Shown: piece by piece, positions 26,485 to 39,251 of the stretch
Position numbering within the stretch: the first letter of the stretch is position 1
How the letters are laid out: every line of letters begins with the position of its first letter
DNA from: Camelus ferus
Taxonomy: Eukaryota
Direction: 5' to 3'
Assembly: GCF_009834535.1 (NCBI RefSeq)
Contig: NC_045697.1
Span: 40,674,001 to 40,738,000 of the forward strand
DNA length: 64,000 nucleotides
Made by a program: the position numbers and the translations under genes
The notes under the pieces: model-generated
The model's database searches: none
Seen by the model: the letters and a program-made list of their open reading frames with translations, nothing else
What the model was told of the DNA's origin: nothing

Positions 26485-29400
26485 TGGATCAAATTTAAAC
26501 TTTTGGTGTTTCTATCTTTTTGTTTTGAACAGAACATAGCTTAACCTTCAAATTAAAGGAAAATAGATTATGTAATCAAGGTCTGCTTTTCTTTTTCTCT
26601 TTTTAGTATCTGGAAGTCTGTTTAAGGAAGGTTATACTATAGATTCTATAACATAAGGAAATTTCATCTGAAGGTATCATTTCGACAATACATTTCTCCC
26701 TCTTTCCCATCAGCTAACCTCATCTGATACAGAGAATCAAAACACAATTGCTGTTAACCAAATTCTGCATTTAGTTGAGGTAAGTATATATCTGAGTCCC
26801 AAAATGCCTGCTTTCCAAAACATCATTATATTTGAATAAAGTAGCACAGAGTCCTCTCCATACTTTAGCTTTGCTAGAGTACCTGCAAGTCACCACAGAG
26901 CTTATAGGTGTCCTGGACCCTACCATGTTAGCAGAGAATGACATTAGCAGGTGGAGAGTCAGTTATAGTCATCTTCTAACTCATTTTGAAGCAGATTGTT
27001 TATTCTTTTGATTAAGTTATACCTGTTCCAGCTTGCCAAGTGGAAGAGTGAAGCAGGCTAGGAGAAAGCCTTTAGTGAAACTTTAGTGAAATAACTGAGG
27101 CCCAAAGTGTACTGATAACTTTCCTCTTTTCACAATAAACATGCTTTGGCTCTTAAGACACTTGTCTAAAATTAACACTTGGATGAATTTTGGTATTAAC
27201 CATTATGAGAAATAAGTACTTCTTCACTCTTTTGCTTGGATATGCTGACAGAATGGTAATCAGTCCCCTGTATTGAATGTTAGCCACATACTAGGGACAG
27301 TTTGCCATTTAATCCCCAGCAGTCCTGTGTCATGCACACTGTTGAAGGACTAGAAATAGCTATGAACACAGCAGTGGTAAGCAGGAACCCAGAGGAACCT
27401 CAGAGGCTGGAGCCCTACTCTGCTGGCAGGTGAATGAATGCTGCAAGGGTTCTGAATATTGTTTTCTGCATTTTAAAAAAATAAAAAAGCTTGCTTCAAT
27501 TCACCAACATCAGGCAATTACTGCTGTGACTCTAAGTCTGAAAAATTTTAAGTGTTAGTTGAATGACACTAATCCTTACTCTGAACCCACTTCTCAACAG
27601 TTTAGTAGGAAAATCTTTCTCAGCCATCAGCAGGGCTCCTTGTGAGGGTCACACCAAAATCAAAGAGGCTTACATTGCCTTGGGCTAAGTGGGAAAATAC
27701 TTCGAATTGTCAGCTGTCATGGTACCCTGTGGTCCTAAACTGGCATCTTGATGACTGATGGCTCTCTCCTTTGCAGGGTACAGAAGTCCTGACTGTGGCA
27801 GGGAACCACCCTCCCTGGACATAATCTTAAAACCTTCCTCTGAGCCTTTCCTGTCACCCTGGGGTCCTGCCATGGGACTGCTAGGACTCACCAGCCTCTC
27901 TTATATTCCCTTTGAGAATACTTCCATGCTTGCTTCAGAAACACTCTTCCCTACCCCTGTTCCCCACCACCATTCCCATTTGCCAGAAATCTATACTTTT
28001 TAATGGAAATGAAAGCATGGAGAATCAAGCCAAGGAAAAGGATGAAAATTGACCCTCAGTACATCTTCAACACCAACTTGGCTAGTGAGTAAATGGCTAA
28101 TAAGTATTTTACTGTGGGGAAGGGTGCAATCAAGAGCTTCCTCTCCCAGATACGGTGATAGGTTTACTTCCATGGACAGTTCTGTGTGTGTGTGTGACTT
28201 CATTATCCCTGGCTTACAGATGACTATAGCCCAGAGAGGTCCACCAGACACTTAAAATCACAGAGCTACTTAGAAGTCACGCTGAGGATTTAAACCCATG
28301 TTTGCTGGCCTCACTACCACACAGCTTCAGTGGACTTCTTAGAGAGTTGAACTATATCCCTTAACACCCTCTTCTTCCTTTTACCCAAGCTTTCCTTCAT
28401 ATTTAAACAATATTCCAAAATCAGCCAGTGAAAATCTCAGTTGGCAATTTAAACTGTTCAATCTAGGAATTATTTAAAGGTAGAATAAAATGCTGCAGTG
28501 CAGATACCCAATTATTCCACCTAAAAAAAAAATCTAGCCTGGCCTGGCCCAGTATCACCACAGTCTAAAGTTTCCTGAAATTAAACTACTGAGCCTGAAA
28601 ATAATTGGGGTAGTCTTAATCTATGCCAGACATCAAATCCTTCCCCAAAATAGATAGGAAATTTCCACTTGACCTGAGAGCCAATCTGACCCCACTAAAT
28701 TCTTTTCTTTTTTTTTCTTTTTTTCTTTTTCCTTCTTTTTTTTTTTTTTTTTTTTAGTTTGGAGGTGCCTGGATCAACTTCAGAACTGAGGAGATGTGCC
28801 TTTTACTTTTGTAGTCTTCACTTTAATTAAAGGTACCCTAGTACTGCAAAAAAAAAAAAAAAAAAAAAGCAGCAGCACTGGTTAATCTAATACAAGCTAG
28901 CCTTTCTGGAACCTCAGTTTCTTCATCTATGAGAGAATCAAATTAGATTACATAGTCTCCTAGATTACCTCCAGTTCCAGTTAAATAAATGTTTTAAAAT
29001 CAACACATACAAAACCTAGCATCTTCTGTACCCCATCCACATTCCCTAACAGAGAATGCCATTTTTAACAACTGTCTAAGCCAGAAACCTGGAGTTATAC
29101 CTTCTTCCTACCTTCCCCTCACCCTCATCTCTCACCACACCAAAAACCTAATTCCCACCACACACATTCAATATCAATCACCATTCCCACATTTCTATTT
29201 CCAGCCTAAATCTTCCCTCTGAGCACCAGACACATCCAGATGCTTTCTTGCTATCTCTGCCCGTATGGCCAATAGGCATTTCAAGGTTCTATTGCCAAAA
29301 GTGAGCGTTTGATGCTCCAAACCTGCTCCAAACCCCATTTTCTGTTTGCTCAGGCCAAAAAGATTTGTGTCATCCTTGATTCCCCTCTCTCATTCCCCAC

Positions 29401-29901
29401 ATCCATTATGAAAACAACTCTGTTTTTTCTACCTTGAAAATATATCCAGAATTCTATCACCTCTTATCACCCCACTGCTACCATCCTGATCCAAGTCACC
29501 ATCACCTCTTGTTCCTGTTTTGCTATTCCCAAAACAGCAGCCAGAATGATTTTTTAGAATATGAGATCATGTCATGCTTCAGATCAAAATCCTTCCTTAG
29601 CTTCTCATCTAAAACTTAAAGCAACAGTCCTTACCATGACCTACAAAGTGATATGTGGTCCAGTCTTCCTACCTGTTACCTTACTACTTATATTAGTCAG
29701 GGCCCTCCAGAAAAACATAACCAGTAGGAGATTTTATATACATACTTACTGGTAGACAGACAGAAGGTATTTCAAGGGATTGACTCACATGATTGTGGGA
29801 AGCTATCAAGCGTGAAAGTTGTAGAGGAGGCTGACAGGCTGGGAAGTCTTGGGCAGAAGTTGATTCTGCAGTTTTGAGGCAGAATTTCTTCTCACTCGGG
29901 G

Positions 29902-30899
29902 TGTCTTAGTTCAGGATGCTATAACAGAATGCCAAATACTGAGTGGCTTGTAAGCAACAGAAAATTATTCTTCACAGTTCTGGAGGCTGGGAAGTCCAAG
30001 ATCAAGACATCAGCAGATTTGGTGGCTGGTTACCTGCTTGCAGGTTCACAGCCAGCCAGCCTGTCTTCGCACTGTGTCCTCACAGGACAGAAGGGGCAGG
30101 GGAGTTCTCTGAGGCCTCTTCTGTAAGACTGTAATCCCATTCATGGGGCTTCACCTCCATAACCTAGTCACCTATTGAAGTCCCCAACTTGTCATGTGAT
30201 TTCTCTTGGGTTATGATTCCTCGTCATCTTCTGTGAAACTCATAGGATTTAAGCTACAGTAAGTAATTCAGAATGCAATCACAATGGCCAGTGTCAACTT
30301 CACTATTAGTTGTTTTGAAATATCCAATATAGGACTTCAAATGTGTTAGAGTGATAAATTAAGAGGGTTACTTTAAATAAGGGTTACTTTAAATAAGGAA
30401 TCATGGAAATATTTCACTGGAACAGAAGGACAGAGACAAGATCTCCCTGGGGCATAACCATTACACCTCACTGGCAGACTCCTTAAAACGAGCCCACTAA
30501 GCCAAGCAACTGGCGACTTTTCCTGGAGGACACAACTCCAGCTGCTGAGAGTTTTTCTAGACCAGTGCTGCCAGAGGCTCTGTCGTCCCACTCACAGCTT
30601 GTTACAGGACCAAAGACCACAGCTCATGCTGAGATGCCTCCTTCCCAGGCTTCTCCTTGGAGTGGCTTGTAATCCCCTTTCCTGTTTTCCCTACTTTGAC
30701 TTAACCCGTGTTGTGTGCAAAAACCAAGTGATTTGTGAAATGAATATTGGCTTCATTTTGTGTGTCTCTAATCCTGGGATTCATACCTGGTCTTACCTCT
30801 GGGCCCTGTAACAAACACCCGACTTCCAAATACCATGATGCTGGGGATTAGGTTTCAACATGTGAACCTTGGAGGGACTCAAATGCTCAGCCTATAGCA
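29902..30899 (-). mobile_element. MLT1A-like MaLR solo LTR, split by an inner LTR
   Basis: tgtcttagttcaggatgctataaca..cacagttctggaggctgggaagtccaagatcaag ... ggattaggtttcaaca..cagcctatagca. Confidence 0.85.
30190..30813. mobile_element. Unassigned solo LTR (TG...CA, about 624 bp)
   Basis: Starts TGTCATG, ends TGTAACA, flanks aact/aaca; interrupts the MLT1. Confidence 0.6.
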
Positions 30900-32780
30900 C
30901 AGAGAAAGCTCAGTTTTTCTTTCAGAGACTTCCAATGGATGGGACGCAGCCCATCCACATTATCAAGAATAATTTCCTTTTATTTAAAGACTACTGATTG
31001 TAGACGTTAACCACATCTACAAAATATCTTCACAGCAATACTTAGATGAGTGATTGAATAACTGGGAACTATAGCCTAGCTATGTTGACCTGTAAAACTA
31101 GCCATCACTCTACCTTCACTCTCTTTCAGTTCACTCCAGCCACACTGGTCCCTTGATGTTTCTTGGACCCACCAGACATATACTCATCTCAAGACCTTGT
31201 ACATTACTCTTTCCTCTCCAGAATCTCTTCTTCCAGATCCACATAGCTAGCTCCCTTTCCTTTAAGTCTTTTTCTTAATGTCTTTTCAGAATTTTTCACC
31301 CTGTACCTAAAACTGCAATCCTGACTACACAGTCTACACACAAGATTCCATTTCTCCCTCTGTTCTCTGATTTTCTCCTTGGCATTTATCATTATGGAAC
31401 ATACTATACATGTTACTTATTTATGCTCTTTGTTGTCCACATTGCCTCTAGAGCATTAGCTCCCCAAGGGAAGTGATTTGCTTTAATGTATTTTGTTCAC
31501 TGCTGTATCCCCAATGCCCAGAATAGCCCATAAAACTTACTAAGTATTTGATATATATTTATTAAAGAAATGCCTATTTCTTTTATTATTCTAGCTTGTA
31601 AGTATCTCCTTTGCCACCAGCCTCATTCCGACCACTGTCATCTCTGGCCTGGATTACTGAGAAGCCTCCTAACTAGTCTCCCTCCATCTATTCCTGTCTT
31701 TCTTCCAGTACATTCTCCATCCTGCAACATGTCTAAATCTGATGATGGCAGTCCCCTGCTCAAAACCTTTTCCCAGTCTTCACTGAGGCTAAGACTCTGA
31801 GAGACTGAGTCTTTGCTGTGCTCTCTATCTTCTCTCTACCCGACACTCTGTTCTCCAAGGGAGAACTTCCTATTCCTTGAATATGCCATGACCTCACCTC
31901 CAGTGCCTGCACACATGATTTCCTATACCTGGAACATTCCTATCCCCTTCATCATCTAGCTAACCCCTGCTCACCCTTTAGGTTCCATCTATGGCTCACC
32001 TCCCACCCCATCATCAGGACTGGGCGATGTGCCCTTCCTGTGAGCTCACAAAACTCCTTATATTTAGGACTGTCATAGCATCTTGTACCAGGTGAAGAGT
32101 AAAAGGGCAATTATACTCCTAGGGAAATGAGTAGCCAGAAAACAGAGGCAACCACTGTAGATTAAACTTGACAGTAAGATATGAAAGACAGGATGGCAAA
32201 CAGGGATGAAGTGGGTAAAAATTTCACCGAGTATTTTTATGATGGAAGAGATCCAAAAATAGTTGAAAGCAAAAGAGACAGGTCCTTGGTAGACAGGAAT
32301 AGTGGAATTGATAGGGAAATAAAAATAATGAGGGGAACCAGGAAAGGAAGATTGAGTAGCAGATTACAGAGGTCAGGACTCTTTCTTTGCTAGTCCAGGG
32401 AAAGAAGTAGGATAGATGTGTGGAAAGGAAGAGAGGGGTTTTATAAACCAGAAATACACTGAGGCTCTATATGAGGTGTGAATTGGGGGGTTGTTTGGTT
32501 GGATAGATACTAGGCTTTGCAGCCTCAGGTTGGAGTTTATATGACCTTTAAGACTACCTGATACTGCTTTAACAATTTGGCAGTACACAGAACACTTGAA
32601 CTAATGAAAACCCCCAGAAAGGAGGAAGAAAGTTTTCATTTGAAGAGATCATATTCCTAAGCTTCTACTTGGCAGGTACTTACAGACTAACAAACAGTGG
32701 ATCAAAATAATGTGCATAAATCCTATAACCTCCTCTTTTTATGGTCTCAAAGTAATAATGCCTTAGTGTCAACTTTCTTT

Positions 32781-34973
32781 TTTTTTCAGTTTTATTAGGT
32801 AGAATTGTTACAATTTGACTGTACATATACAACATATTGCATGTAAATACAAATACACAATATACTGCACATATTTTTAAATTTACATATATGTACTGTT
32901 TATTGTTTTTAAGAAAGTTTAGAGCTTTAGCTTTTAAACTTACATAGTTATCAAAGGCATAAAGCCAACCACAAAATAAGAATTAATTTAAAAAGATACA
33001 TATACCCCACTATTAACAGCAACATTATTTATAATTGCTGAGATACAGAAGCATCCAAAGTGTACATCAATAGATGAATGGATAAAGAATATGCAGCATA
33101 TATACATAATGGAACACAACTCACCGATAAGAAAGAAGGATATTTTGCATTTGTAGCCCTTCATTCACCTTTTTTTTTTTTTTCACTTCAAAAACCAGAA
33201 TTTTATAACTGGCATAAACATTTCCAGTGCATCAAAAATAGCAAAATACGTTTTCCCTTACTAATTTTAATATTTTCTCCTTATCCTTAATATTTGTCAG
33301 TTTGATTACTACATGCCTTGGCATGTTCCTCTTTGGGTTGATCCTATGTAGAACTCTCTGCACTTCTTGGACTTGGGTGACTGTTTCCTTTGCCAAGTTG
33401 GGGAAGTTTTCAGTTATTATCTCTCCAAAATTTTTCTCAGGTTCTTTCTCTCTCTCTTCTCTTTCTAGGACCCCTATTATGTGAATATTAGCATGCTTCA
33501 TGTGTCAAGCAAGGGGCAGATTCTATGCTTCTAGCATTGTTGAGTTCTCTTAAGCTATCCTCATTTCTTTTCATTCTTTTTTCTTTTTTCTGTTCTGCAG
33601 TAGTGATTTCCACTAATCTGTCTTCTAGCTTATTGATTCATTCTTCTGCATCATTTAGTCTATTGTTGGTTCCTTCTAGTGTAATACTCATTTCAGTGAT
33701 TTTATTTTTCAACTCTGTTTTGGTATTCTTTATATTTTCCAACTCTTTGCTAAAAACTTCACTCTGTACATCTATACTCCTCTTGAGTTCTCTGAACATC
33801 TTCGCCATCATTACTTTAAACTCTTTCTCAGATAAATTGCCTATCTCTTCATTGCTTATTTCTTCTTCTGGGATTTTATCTTGTGCCTTGGCCTGGGAGA
33901 TATTCCTCTGCCACCTCTCATTGTCTGTCTTTCTATTTGTATTTTTAGGTAGGTTAGTTATGTTTCAATACCTTGGAGAGGTGGCCCTCTGTGGGAGATG
34001 TCCTATGCGTCCCAGCAGTACACTCCTCTCTTGTCACCCAAGGGCCAGGGTCCAGCCAGTCCCAGTGTAGAGTCTAGTCTGTGTTTGTGGATTCCTTCCA
34101 TAGGGTTTGGGATTGTTGTTTTCTTATTTTTAGTACCTGCCTCTAGTGGATGAGGCTGGACTAGAGGCTTAATGCAGGTTTCCTGGCAGGATCTGGTGCC
34201 TGCCCACTGCTAGTTGAAGCTTGGTCCTGGACCTCTGATGGGTAGGGCTGTGTCTAGAGTCGTTTGTGGCTTAGGAGATCTGCTGATGGGACCTGGTTTG
34301 CTGTTTTGCCTGAGGCTTCCCAACAGGCTGTTGAGTGGGGCTAGGTCTTGGTGTTAAAGATCCAATCAAGATGTCAGCCTCCAGGAAAGTTCACACAGAT
34401 GAACACTCCTGGAATGTCTGCCACAAGTTTTTATGTCCCTGGGTGAGCCACAGCCATCCCCTATGTCCCCAGGAGACCCTCCCAAACCAGCAGGCAGGCC
34501 CAGGTTCCTATGAAATCACTGCCTCTGCCCTTAGACCTGGCACACTCGAGCACACACTTGTACGCTTCCCAAGAGAATGAAGTCTCTGTTTCCCCTAGTC
34601 CTGTGGGAATCCTGGAGCTAAGCTCTGTTGGCCTTCAAAACCAGATGTCCTGGGGTCTCCTCCTCCTCCCAATGCCAGAACCTGGGGCTGGAGAGACTGA
34701 TGTGGGGCTTAGAGCTCTCCCTCCTGTGGGAGGGCATCTGCAACTTAATTATTCAGTTTGTGGGTCACCCACCCTGGGGGTATGGGGCCTGATTATTCCG
34801 TGAGCATGCCCCTTCTACCGTCCTGGTGTGGTTTCCTTTTTGTTTCCAGCTGAAGATTGTTTTTGCTAGTTTCCAGTCTTTTTTTCCAATGGTTGTTCAG
34901 CAGTCAGTTGTGATTTCATTGTAGTCTTGGAGTGAAGCGAGCTCATGGTCCCACCACTCCACCATCTTGACCC
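32781..34973 (-). mobile_element. Half-L1 (HAL1)-like retroposon: L1 5'UTR, truncated ORF1, non-ORF2 tail, polyA
   Basis: 5' end GGGTCAAGATGG; ORF1 from ATG at 33921 to about 33250; AATAAA and A-tail at 32796-32781; degenerate 16-bp TSD at 32765-32780 and 34974-34989. Confidence 0.75.
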
Positions 34974-36224
34974 AGCACTGACCTTCTTTACATCATAATA
35001 TACTACCTACCCACCATCAATTACAATATCATGTCAATTCCTGAACTCTACAGTGTGCAAGTGACAGTCACAGAATGGCTCTGCTTGGAATGTGAAATCC
35101 AACTCGGATGATACCTCTGCCAATGTTCTCTCACACATTCTCTTTTTCCTTCACTTTCTTTTGCTATAATTAAATATTAACATCATTATTATCTGTGTTC
35201 CAAATGATAAATCTGCTAGTTATGCTGTTCCATCTTTTTCCCTTTCTTGTTATTATTACCTGTGTAAAAATCATTATCTTTCTAAAATTGGCACTTAAAG
35301 AGGTGGCTCTCAAGAGGGACAGTAACTGAAAAGAAAAAAGCAGACAAAATTCAGAAAATATTTCAGTTTAGTAAGAACTTAAATGTTATAAATGGTATTA
35401 GTTTAGTCGAGAAAATTTTCCCCAAAGCAACTCATCTTAAAATGTGATGTGAAGGCAAGTTAATGGTAAACTCAATGTGCCTTCATTCATATCTACAGGA
35501 AAAAACTGACATGAAATGAGTTCAGAGCAACTAAACGTTTTTACTTATCATGAAAATTCATTGAAATGAAGCCAATTATGTTATAAAGACATGCAAACAA
35601 AAGTCTCCAAAAACTTAAAAAAAAAAAAAGCAAGGGGAAGATTCTGTGCTTCTAGCATTGTTGAGAAAGTAGACCCTTGTGTGTGAGGAATATAAACATT
35701 CTGACCCAAAAATAACAAAAATAAAATAAAAGGTAGTTCTCCAGGAGATCTCAGGCTGAATGAAATTTCTCAGCATCCAAACTATTTGAGCATAATGTGA
35801 ACTAAGTAACACTAACAAAGTGACTTTCGCTTCGTCAAAGTTTCTTAATTCTTGTATAATACAAATACCCCAGTAGGTAAAAGTATCTAGATCTTTCTGT
35901 AAATTTTTAATTGCCTTTAAGAAGTCTATCAGTAGTATATGAATTTGAATAGTGTGGGTCCTCTGGCCTGGCCCACTCTGAGCAAGCAGAATATTGAAGT
36001 TATAGACATTCAGCCTGAAAACAGGTTCGTGACATTGCAGCCAGCATGAAGTCTGATCTAAATCACCTATGTTAATATTTAAACATTTATATGGCTCCAT
36101 ATAAACATCACTACAAACCTACATGCAGACTGGTATAGCCAAGTGCTCTTTTTTGTAAACATACTCAGGGTTAAAACTCAAAGAATCAATTATACTCTCT
36201 CCAATGCAATATGGCATAGCCCAG

Positions 36225-36442
36225 GTCACGATGTCTCAACCCCAGTGCCACTGCCATTTGGGGCTAGATAGTCCTTTCCTTCAATGCTCAGGGCTGTCTG
36301 TGCATTGGAAGATGTTTAGCAACATTCCTGGCCTTTACCTACCAGATATCACTAGCACACCTGAGGTGTGACAACCAAAAATGTCTCCAGACATGGCACA
36401 ATGTCTCCTTTGGGGCAAAAGTATCCTTGGTTGAGAGCCATT
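36225..36442. mobile_element. MER20 hAT element
   Basis: gatgtttagcaacattcctggcctttacc...gtgacaaccaaaaatgtctccagacat..ggggcaaaa..ggttgagagcca. Confidence 0.85.
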
Positions 36443-36489
36443 TGGCTGGTTGGTTTTAACTTAGTTGGTCTAAGTTGAAAGTTGGGGTT

Positions 36490-36725
36490 TTCCAATCTGA
36501 TTTCCTGGGTTAGAGTCCTAACTCAAACTCTCGCTGGCTATGTGACTTCAGCAAGTTACTTCACTCTTCTATCCATCAGTTTCTTCATCTGTACAATGCT
36601 CACTCTAATAGTACTTCAAATACTTCCTGTGAGGATTAAATAAGTTGCTATAGAAAGCCCTTAAATAAGTCCATGGCATATAGTAAATGCTTAATAAATT
36701 TAAATAACGACCATTATTATTATTT
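36490..36725 (+). mobile_element. MIR SINE
   Basis: ctatgtgacttcagcaagttacttcactc..cagtttcttcatctgtacaatg..gtgaggattaaataa. Confidence 0.75.
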
Positions 36726-36737
36726 GGTTTATATAAC

Positions 36738-37281
36738 TATTAGTGGATAGAGGAACTCACAAATTGGAAAGCCCAACAAACGGGTGGGCAACCCCTCCCC
36801 AGTGTATGGGTCCTTGCCCGCCAACTGGGAAAGAATTCCCAACAGAGGGAGAGGGACCAAGTGAAAAAAGAGTTGCTTTTATTGCTCAGAGAGAGAGGAA
36901 AAGAAAGTACTCTAGTGGGTAGCTGGTGGAGACAGCTCCAGCCCACGATCAGCTGCAGGGTCTTTTATCAGAAGGTTCTGCCACCATTATCTTCATTCCA
37001 GGGGTGCCAGTCATCTTCTACTATTGGCTCTTCTGTCATGCAGCTCAGCCCTAAAACTGAAACTTCAGGGGGAGGAAGAGAACAAAGAAAGAGAAACTGG
37101 GGTATGTCCTTGGAATTAATGCAGCAATGGTGGAACATAAATCGTCCTGTGGTATGACTAAGTCCTTGTAATTAAGGAGCCAGCTGTGGGATAAGAGAGA
37201 TGTCCTGCCTTTCATCAGCCTGGCACTGTCTTTCCCTTCCAAATCAGCCAGGGTCAGTAAGCCTCCTAATCACCTCTCTCA
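36738..37281 (-). mobile_element. ERV1-type solo LTR (544 bp)
   Basis: 4-bp TSD TAAC (36734-36737 and 37282-37285); minus strand starts TGAGAGAGG and carries AATAAA near its 3' end. Confidence 0.7.
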
Positions 37282-37641
37282 TAACCATTTACTACTAGCA
37301 AATCTACTTCATATACATGATCTCTCTTTTAATCTTCATAACCCCCTTGTGTGTGGGTGTGAGGAACGTTGAGCTTATGGTGTGTGGTGAAGGTCTGTGT
37401 TGAGTAAAAGCATTTTACCCAGAAGCACTTATTTTCATCTTTATTTTCCAGATTAGAAAACTGACACATAGGAAAAATAAAAAGGATTGCCTGAAGTCAT
37501 ACCACTTTTTGTGTGTGTGTGGTAAAATATACATAACATAATATTTACTACTTTAACCACTTTTAAAAGGACAGTTCAATGGCATTAAGTATATTCATAT
37601 TATTGTGGAACCATCACCACCATCTATCTCCATAACTTTTT

Positions 37642-38226
37642 AAAATTGAAGTATAGTTGATTTACAATATTGTGTTAGTTTCAGGTGTTCAGTAAGGTGA
37701 TTCAGTTATACTTTATTTTTCAGATAATTTTCCACTGTAGGTTATTCCAAGATACTAAATATAGTTCCCTGTGCTATATAATAAATCCTTATTGTTTATT
37801 TTGTATATAGTAGTATGTAGCTATTAATCCCATACTCCTAATTTATCCTTCCCCCACTCCTTTCCCCTTTGATAACCATAAGTTTGTCTTCTATGACTAT
37901 GAGCCTGTTTCTATTTTATAAATAAGTTCTTTTTTCTCATTTTTTTTAGATTCCACATATACGTGATATCATATATTTGTCTTTTTCTGTCTGACTTAGT
38001 TCACTTAGTGTGATATTCTCTAGGTCCATCCATGTTGCAGCAAATGGCATTGTTTCATTCTTTTTATGGCTGAGTAGTATTCCATTATATATCTACCACA
38101 TTTTCTTTATCTATTCATCTGTCAGTGGACATTGAGGTTGCTTCCATATCTTGGCTATAGTAAATAGTGCTGCTATGAACATTGGAATGGATGTATCTTT
38201 TTGAATTAGAGTTTTTGTCTTTTCCA

Positions 38227-38257
<31 letters not shown>

Positions 38258-38977
38258 GTCAAGGAGTGGAATTACTTGATCATGGGGTAGCTCTAATTTC
38301 AGTTTTATAACGACTCTCCATACGTTCTCCATAGTGGCTGCACCAATTTACATTACCACCAATAGTGTAGGAGGGTTCCCTTTTGTCTGCACCCTTCCCA
38401 GCATTTATTTTTGTAGACTTTTTGATGATGGCCACTGACTGCTATGAGATGTTACTTCATTGTGGTTTTTGCATTTCTCTAATAATTAGTGACATTGAGC
38501 ATATTTCATGTGCCTATTGGCCATCTTCTCATTGGTATGTCTTCTTCAGAGAAATGTCTATTTAGGTCTTCTGCCCACTTTCTGATTGGTTTGTTTGTTT
38601 TTTGATATTGAGTTGTATGAGCTGTTTATATATTTTGGAAATTAAGCCCTTATCAGTCATATTGTTTGCAAATATTTTGTTTCATTCCATAGATTGTCTT
38701 TTCATTTGTTTATGGTTTCCCTTGCTGTGCAAAAGCTTTTAAATTTGATTAGGTCCCATTTTGTTTATTTTTGCTTTTATTTATTTTGCCTTGAGAGATT
38801 GATCTAAAAAACATTGCTACAATTTATGTCAGAGAATATTTTGCCTATGTTCTCTCCTAGAACTCTAGGAGTTTTATGGCATCATGTCTTATATTTAGGT
38901 CTCTAAACCATTTTGAGTTTATTTTTGTATATGGTGTGAGAGAGCGTTCCAATTTCATTGATTTACATGAGGCTGTC
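37642..38977 (-). mobile_element. Nested 5'-truncated L1 (1.3 kb)
   Basis: TSD ATCTCCATAACTTTTT (37626-37641) and ATCTCTATAACTTTTT (38978-38993); ORF2 C-terminal peptides. Confidence 0.9.
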
Positions 38978-39251
38978 ATCTCTATAACTTTTTCATCACC
39001 TTGAATTGAAACTCCATATCTCTTAAACAGCAGCTCCTCATTCTCCCTAGCCAACCCCATTCCCAGGCCTGGTAACCAGCATTCTACTTTCTGTCTCTGT
39101 GTATTTGACTATTCTAGGTTTTACAAGTGGAATCATATATTTGTCCTTTTGTGTCTTGCTTATTTCACCTAGCATTTTTTGAAGATTCAACCATGTTGTA
39201 GCATGTGTCAGAACTGCATTTCATTTTAAGGATAAATAACATTGCATTGTA

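Larger units (their letters stand above)
29689..31109 (-). mobile_element. MLT2-like ERVL solo LTR, split by an MLT1
   Basis: tatattagtcagggccctccagaaaaac ... gttgacctgtaaaactagccatcac; TSD ctact/ctacc. Confidence 0.8.
28990..32090 (+). mobile_element. L2 fragments interrupted by a nested LTR cluster
   Basis: L2 3'-region motifs (agccagaaacctggagt, tcatccttgattcc, gttcactgctgtatccccaatgcc) on both sides of the LTRs. Confidence 0.7.

Noticed and set aside
28700..28870. Long T tract and A tract about 90 nt apart, a possible fold-back
   Set aside because: Low-complexity homopolymers with no TSD or element body.
33525..34070. 181-aa Leu/Ser/Phe-rich ORF that looks like a membrane protein
   Set aside because: It is the antisense frame of A-rich L1 ORF1, and its ATG comes from the 38-bp insertion.
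35615..36100. 161-aa minus-strand ORF in intergenic unique DNA
   Set aside because: No recognisable motif or splice context; ends in a homopolymer; compatible with chance.
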